DNA of 64,000 nt. It comes from Heterodontus francisci. Lineage: Eukaryota. Under the pieces are notes generated by a model, which did not search any database, was not told the DNA's origin, and saw only the letters and a list, made by a program, of their open reading frames with translations. The stretch covers positions 76,817,300 to 76,881,299 of the forward strand of contig NC_090387.1 of assembly GCF_036365525.1 (NCBI RefSeq), written 5' to 3'. Both the position numbers and the translations under genes were made by a program. Positions 59,601-64,000 of the stretch are shown here, in pieces (within the stretch, counting starts at the first letter, position 1; each line of letters begins with the position of its first letter).

Positions 59601-62600
59601 AGGGGCAGTGTCCTAGGCCCAACCATCTTCAGCTGCTTCATCAATGACCTTCCTTCAATCATAAGGTCAGAAGTGGGGATGTTCACGGACGATTGCACAA
59701 TGTTCAGCACCATTCGTGATTCCTCAGCTACTGAAGCAATCCATGTCGAAATGCAGCAAGACCTGGACAATATCCAGGCTTGGGCTGATAAGTGGCAAGT
59801 AACATTCGCGCCACACAAGTGCCTGGCAATGACCATCTCCAACAAGAGAGAATCTAACCATCTCCCCTTGACATTCAACGGCATTACCATCGCTGAACCC
59901 CCACTATCACATCCTGGGGCCTACCATTGACCAGAAACTGAACTGGAGTAGCCATATAAATACCGTGGCTACAAGAGCAGGTCAGAGGCTTGGAATCTTG
60001 AGGCGAGTAACTAACCTCCTAACTCCCCAAAGCCTGTCCACCATCTACAAGGCACAAGTCAGGAGTGTGATGGAATACTCTCCACTTGCCTGGATGGGTG
60101 CAGCTCCAACAACACTCAAGAAGCTCGACACCATCCAGGACAAAGCAGCACGCTTGATTGGCACCCCATCTACAAACATTCACTCCCTCCACCACCGACG
60201 CACAGTGGCAGCAGTGTGCACCATCTACGAGATGCACTGCAACAATACACGAAGGCTCCTTAGACAGCACCTTCCAAATCCGCGACGTCTACCACCTAGA
60301 AGTGGCCATTTCGGAGACATGGGTAGAGCAGGGGCAGGAATGGATGTTGCAGGTTCCGGGATTTAGATGTTTCAGTAAGAACAGAGAAGATGGTAAAATA
60401 GGGGGGGTGGGGGGTGGCATTGTTAATCAAGGAGAGTATTACAGCGACAGAAAGGACATTTGAGGACTCGTCTACTGAGGTAGTATCGGCCGAGGTTAGA
60501 AATAGGAGAGATGAGGTCACCCTGTTGGGAGTCTTTTATAGACCTCCGAATAGTTCCAGAGATGTAGAGGAAAGGATAGCGAAGATGATTCTCGACAGGG
60601 GCGAGAGTAACAGGGTAGTTGTTATGGGGGACTTTAACTTTCCAAATATTGACTGGAAATACTATAGTTTGAGTACTTTAGATGGGTCAGTTTTTGTCCA
60701 GTGTGTGCAGGAGGGTTTTCTGACACAGTATGTAGACAGGCCAACCAGGGGCGATGCCACATTGGATTTGGTAATGAACCCAGCCAGGTGTTAGATTTAG
60801 ATGTAGGTGAGCACTTTGGTGATAGTGATCACAATTCGGTTAGGTTTACCTTAGCGATGGGCAGGGACAGGTATATACCACAGGGCAAGACTTATAGCTG
60901 GGGGAAAGGAAATTATGATGCGATTAGGCAAGATTTAGGATGCGTAGGATGGGGAGGGAAACTGCAGGGGATGGGAACAATCGAAATGTGGAGCTTATTC
61001 AAGGAGCAGCTACTGCGTGTCCTTGATAAGTATGTACCTGTCAGGCAGGGAGGAAGTTGTCGAGCGAGGGAGCCGTGGTTTACTAAAGAAGTTGAAGCAC
61101 TTGTCAAGAGGAAGAAGAAGGCTTATGTTAGGATGAGACGTGAAGGCTCAGTTAGGGCGCTTGAGAGTTACAAGCTAGCCAGGAAGAATCTAAAGGGAGA
61201 GCTAAGAAGAGCAAGGAGAGGACACAAGAAGTCATTGGCGGATAGGATCAGGAAAAACCCTAAAGCTTTCTATAGGTATATCAGGCAGAAAAGAATGACT
61301 AGAGTTAGATTATGGCCAATCAAGGATAGTAGTGGGAAGTTGTGTGTGGAATCAGAGGAGATAGGGGAAGTGTTCAGTGAATATTTTTCGTCTGTACTCA
61401 CAGCAGAGAAAGAAAGTGTTGTCGAGGAGAATACTGAGATTCAGGCTACTAGGCTAGATGGGATTGAGGTTCACAAGGAGGAGGTGTTAGCAATTTTGGA
61501 AAGTGTGAAAATAGATAAGTCCCCTGGGCCAGATGGGATTTATCCTAGGATTCTCTGGGAAGCTAGGGAGGAGATTGCAGAGCCTTTGTCCTTGATCTTT
61601 ATGTCGTCATTGTCGACAGGAATAGTGCTGGAAGACTGGAGGATAGCAAATGTTGTCCCCTTGTTCAAGAAGGGGAGTAGAGACAGCCCTGGTAATTATA
61701 GACCTGTGAGCCTTACTTCGGTTGTGGGTAAAATGTTGGAAAAGGTTATAAGCGACAGGATTTATAATCATCCAGAAAAGAATAAGTTCATTAGTGATAG
61801 TCAGCACGGTTTTGTGAAGGGTAGGTCGTGCCTCACAAACCTTATTGAGTTTTTAGAGAAGGTGACCAAGCAGGTGGATGAGGGTAAAGCCGTGGATGTG
61901 GTGTATATGGATTTCAGTAAGGCGTTTGATAAGGTTCCCCACGGTAGGCTATTGCAGAAAATACGGAAGTATGGGGTTGAAGGTGATTTAGAGCTTTGGA
62001 TCAGAAATTGGCTAGCTGAAAGAAGACAGAGGGTGGTGATAGATGGCAAATGTTCATCCTGGAGCTTAGTTACTAGTGGTGTACCGCAAGGATCTGTTTT
62101 GGGGCCACTGCTGTTTGTCATTTTTATAAATGACCTGGAAGTGGGTGTAGAAGGGTGGGTTAGTAAATTTGCGGATGACACTAAGGTCGGTGGAGTTGTG
62201 GATAGTGCCGAAGGATGTTGTAGGGTACAGAGGGACATAGATAGGCTGCAGAGCTGGGCTGAGAGATGGCAAATGGAGTTTAATGCGGAAAAGTGTGAGG
62301 TGATTCACTTTGGAAGGAGTAACAGGAATGCAGAGTACTGGGCTAATGGGAAGATTCTTGGTAGTGTAGATGAGCAGAGAGATCTTGGTGTCCAGGTACA
62401 TAAATCCCTGAAAGTTGCTACCCAGGTTAATAGGGCTGTTAAGAAGGCATATGGTGTGTTAGCTTTTATTAGTAGGGGGATCGAGTTTTGGAGCCACGAG
62501 GTCATGCTGCAGCTGTACAAAACTCTGGTGAGACCGCACCTGGAGTATTGCGTTCAGTTCTGGTCACCGCATTATTGGAAGGATGTGGAAGCTTTGGAAA

Positions 62601-63348
62601 GGGTGCAGAGGAAATTTACTAGGATGTTGCCTGGTATGGAGGGAAGGTCTTACGAGGAAAGGCTGAGGGACTTGAGGTTGCTTTCGTTGGAGAGAAGGAG
62701 GAGGAGAGGTGACTTAATAGAGACATATAAGATAATCAGAGGGTTAGATAGGGTGGAAGTGAGAGTCTTTTTCCTCAGATGGTGATGGCAAACACGAGGG
62801 GACATAGCTTTAAGTTGAGGGGTGACAGATATAGGACAGATGTTAGAGGTAGTTTCTTTACTCAGAGAGTAGTAGGGGCGTTGAACGCCCTGCCTGCAAC
62901 AGTAGTAGACTCGCCAACTTTAAGGGCATTTAAGTGGTCATTGGATAGACATATGGATGAAAATGGAATAGTGTAGGTCAAATGGTTTCACAGGTCGGCG
63001 CAACATCGAGGGCCGAGGGGCCTGTACTGCGCTGTAATATTCTAATTATAATTATAATTCTAATTCTAGAAGGACAAGGGCAGCAAATACATGGGAACAT
63101 CACCACCTGCAAGTTCCCCTCCAAGTCACACACCATCCTGACTTGGAACTATATCGCCGTTCCTTCACTGTCGCTGGGTCAAAATCCTGCAACTCCCTTC
63201 CTAACAGCACTGTGAGTATACCTACCCCAAATGGACTGCAGTGGTTCAAGAAGGCAGTTCACCACCACCTTCTCAAGGGCAATTAGGGATGGGCAATAAA
63301 TGCTGGCCTGGCCAGCGTCGCCCACATCCCATGAATGAATAAAAAAAA
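59601..63348 (+). mobile_element. 5'-truncated CR1/L2-group LINE split by a CR1 insertion
   Basis: GSVLGPTIF..FTDD and MEYSPLAWMGAAP before 60302; resumes at 63066 and ends in an A-rich tail. Confidence 0.88.
60303..63065 (+). mobile_element. Young CR1 LINE, nearly complete ORF2, with 7-bp TSD CTAGAAG
   Basis: 694-aa ORF with RT (FADD) and endonuclease remnants upstream in other frames; CTAGAAG at 60296-60302 and 63066-63072. Confidence 0.94.
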
Positions 63349-64000
63349 TGTCTACCTACAATTAACTCAGGATATATAAACTTGCTGGGTAAGCAGGAAA
63401 TCAGAGTTTGAGCTGGTGTAGAGACAAATGTTGGACTTATTGAGCCAGATGACCACCACATTGTGATGTTCAAAAGAACAGGCACTTTAACAGATAAATA
63501 CAGAGTAGAAGGAAATGTCATGACCCTGTACTTTTTTTTCGGAATATGCCGCTTGCCTCTAAGGCTTGCAAGGGATCAGTATTGCTTTAAGAGCCAGCAA
63601 GCCTTGGGAGTTATAGGAAGGTGCATTTTCGTTGCCTTAGAAACGGCCATTTGGAGACTGCGATTCAAAGAGTGCATTCTCGATACCACGGAAACAGGCA
63701 CTGGGAATGAGTCTGGTGCGATAAATTTGTTACAATTCAGTTTGAACTCGCAGTTAGTAAGACAGTTGTCCTGACTGAAGACAGACAGAAGATAGACAGC
63801 TGTGGTGTCAGCACTGAAAAGGAGCTCTCAACCATTTAAACTGAAGAAAATAGGATTTTTGTCTTCATAATTATTATCTCTTGAAATTCTAAAACGTCAA
63901 GCCAAGACAGAGATCTCTGGTAGTTTAAATTGAAGAAAGTGAAGTTAGATGGTGACAATCTTTTATCCCTTAAAAAAACTCTAAAATCAGATTGATTCCA

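Noticed and set aside
60701-62785. 694-aa ORF as an active LINE or host gene
   Set aside because: 5'-truncated CR1 ORF2 with frameshifts in the endonuclease region and near the C-terminus; no ORF1.
63517-64000. Start of another LTR (TGTCATGA...) running off the window
   Set aside because: The other terminus and TSD are not visible.

Overview
Vertebrate genomic DNA, most likely a cartilaginous fish (inferred from the HE1/V-SINE-like SINEs, CR1/L2 LINEs and a Deu-type SINE; species not determinable here). Most of the window is transposon-derived: CR1 and L2-group LINEs, a decayed Gmr1-like Gypsy element, two solo LTRs, SINEs, Harbinger-like relics and a short repeat carrying a hammerhead-ribozyme core. 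The only host genes I can support are two tandem + strand paralogous Ig-superfamily receptor genes, which I assembled by hand from GT-AG sites and reading-frame phase. Both have the layout leader / V with germline-fused J-like strand / C1-set / TM / 44-bp cytoplasmic exon / terminal tyrosine-motif exon. Gene A (CDS 33115-38716, 340 aa) has an uncharged TM and a long tail with YAEL and YTEA motifs, so it looks inhibitory. Gene B (CDS 49562-54080, 281 aa) has an Arg at the start of the TM and a stop codon in the 44-bp exon. Its former ITIM/ITSM exon (57388-57573) survives as a fossil with two further stops. Together they look like a SIRP/NKp30-like paired inhibitory/activating receptor system with antigen-receptor-like VJ-C1 ectodomains, in which the switch from inhibitory to activating type is still readable in the DNA. 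Family assignment and function are inference and need database and expression checks. TE boundaries are approximate unless a target-site duplication (TSD) is quoted.
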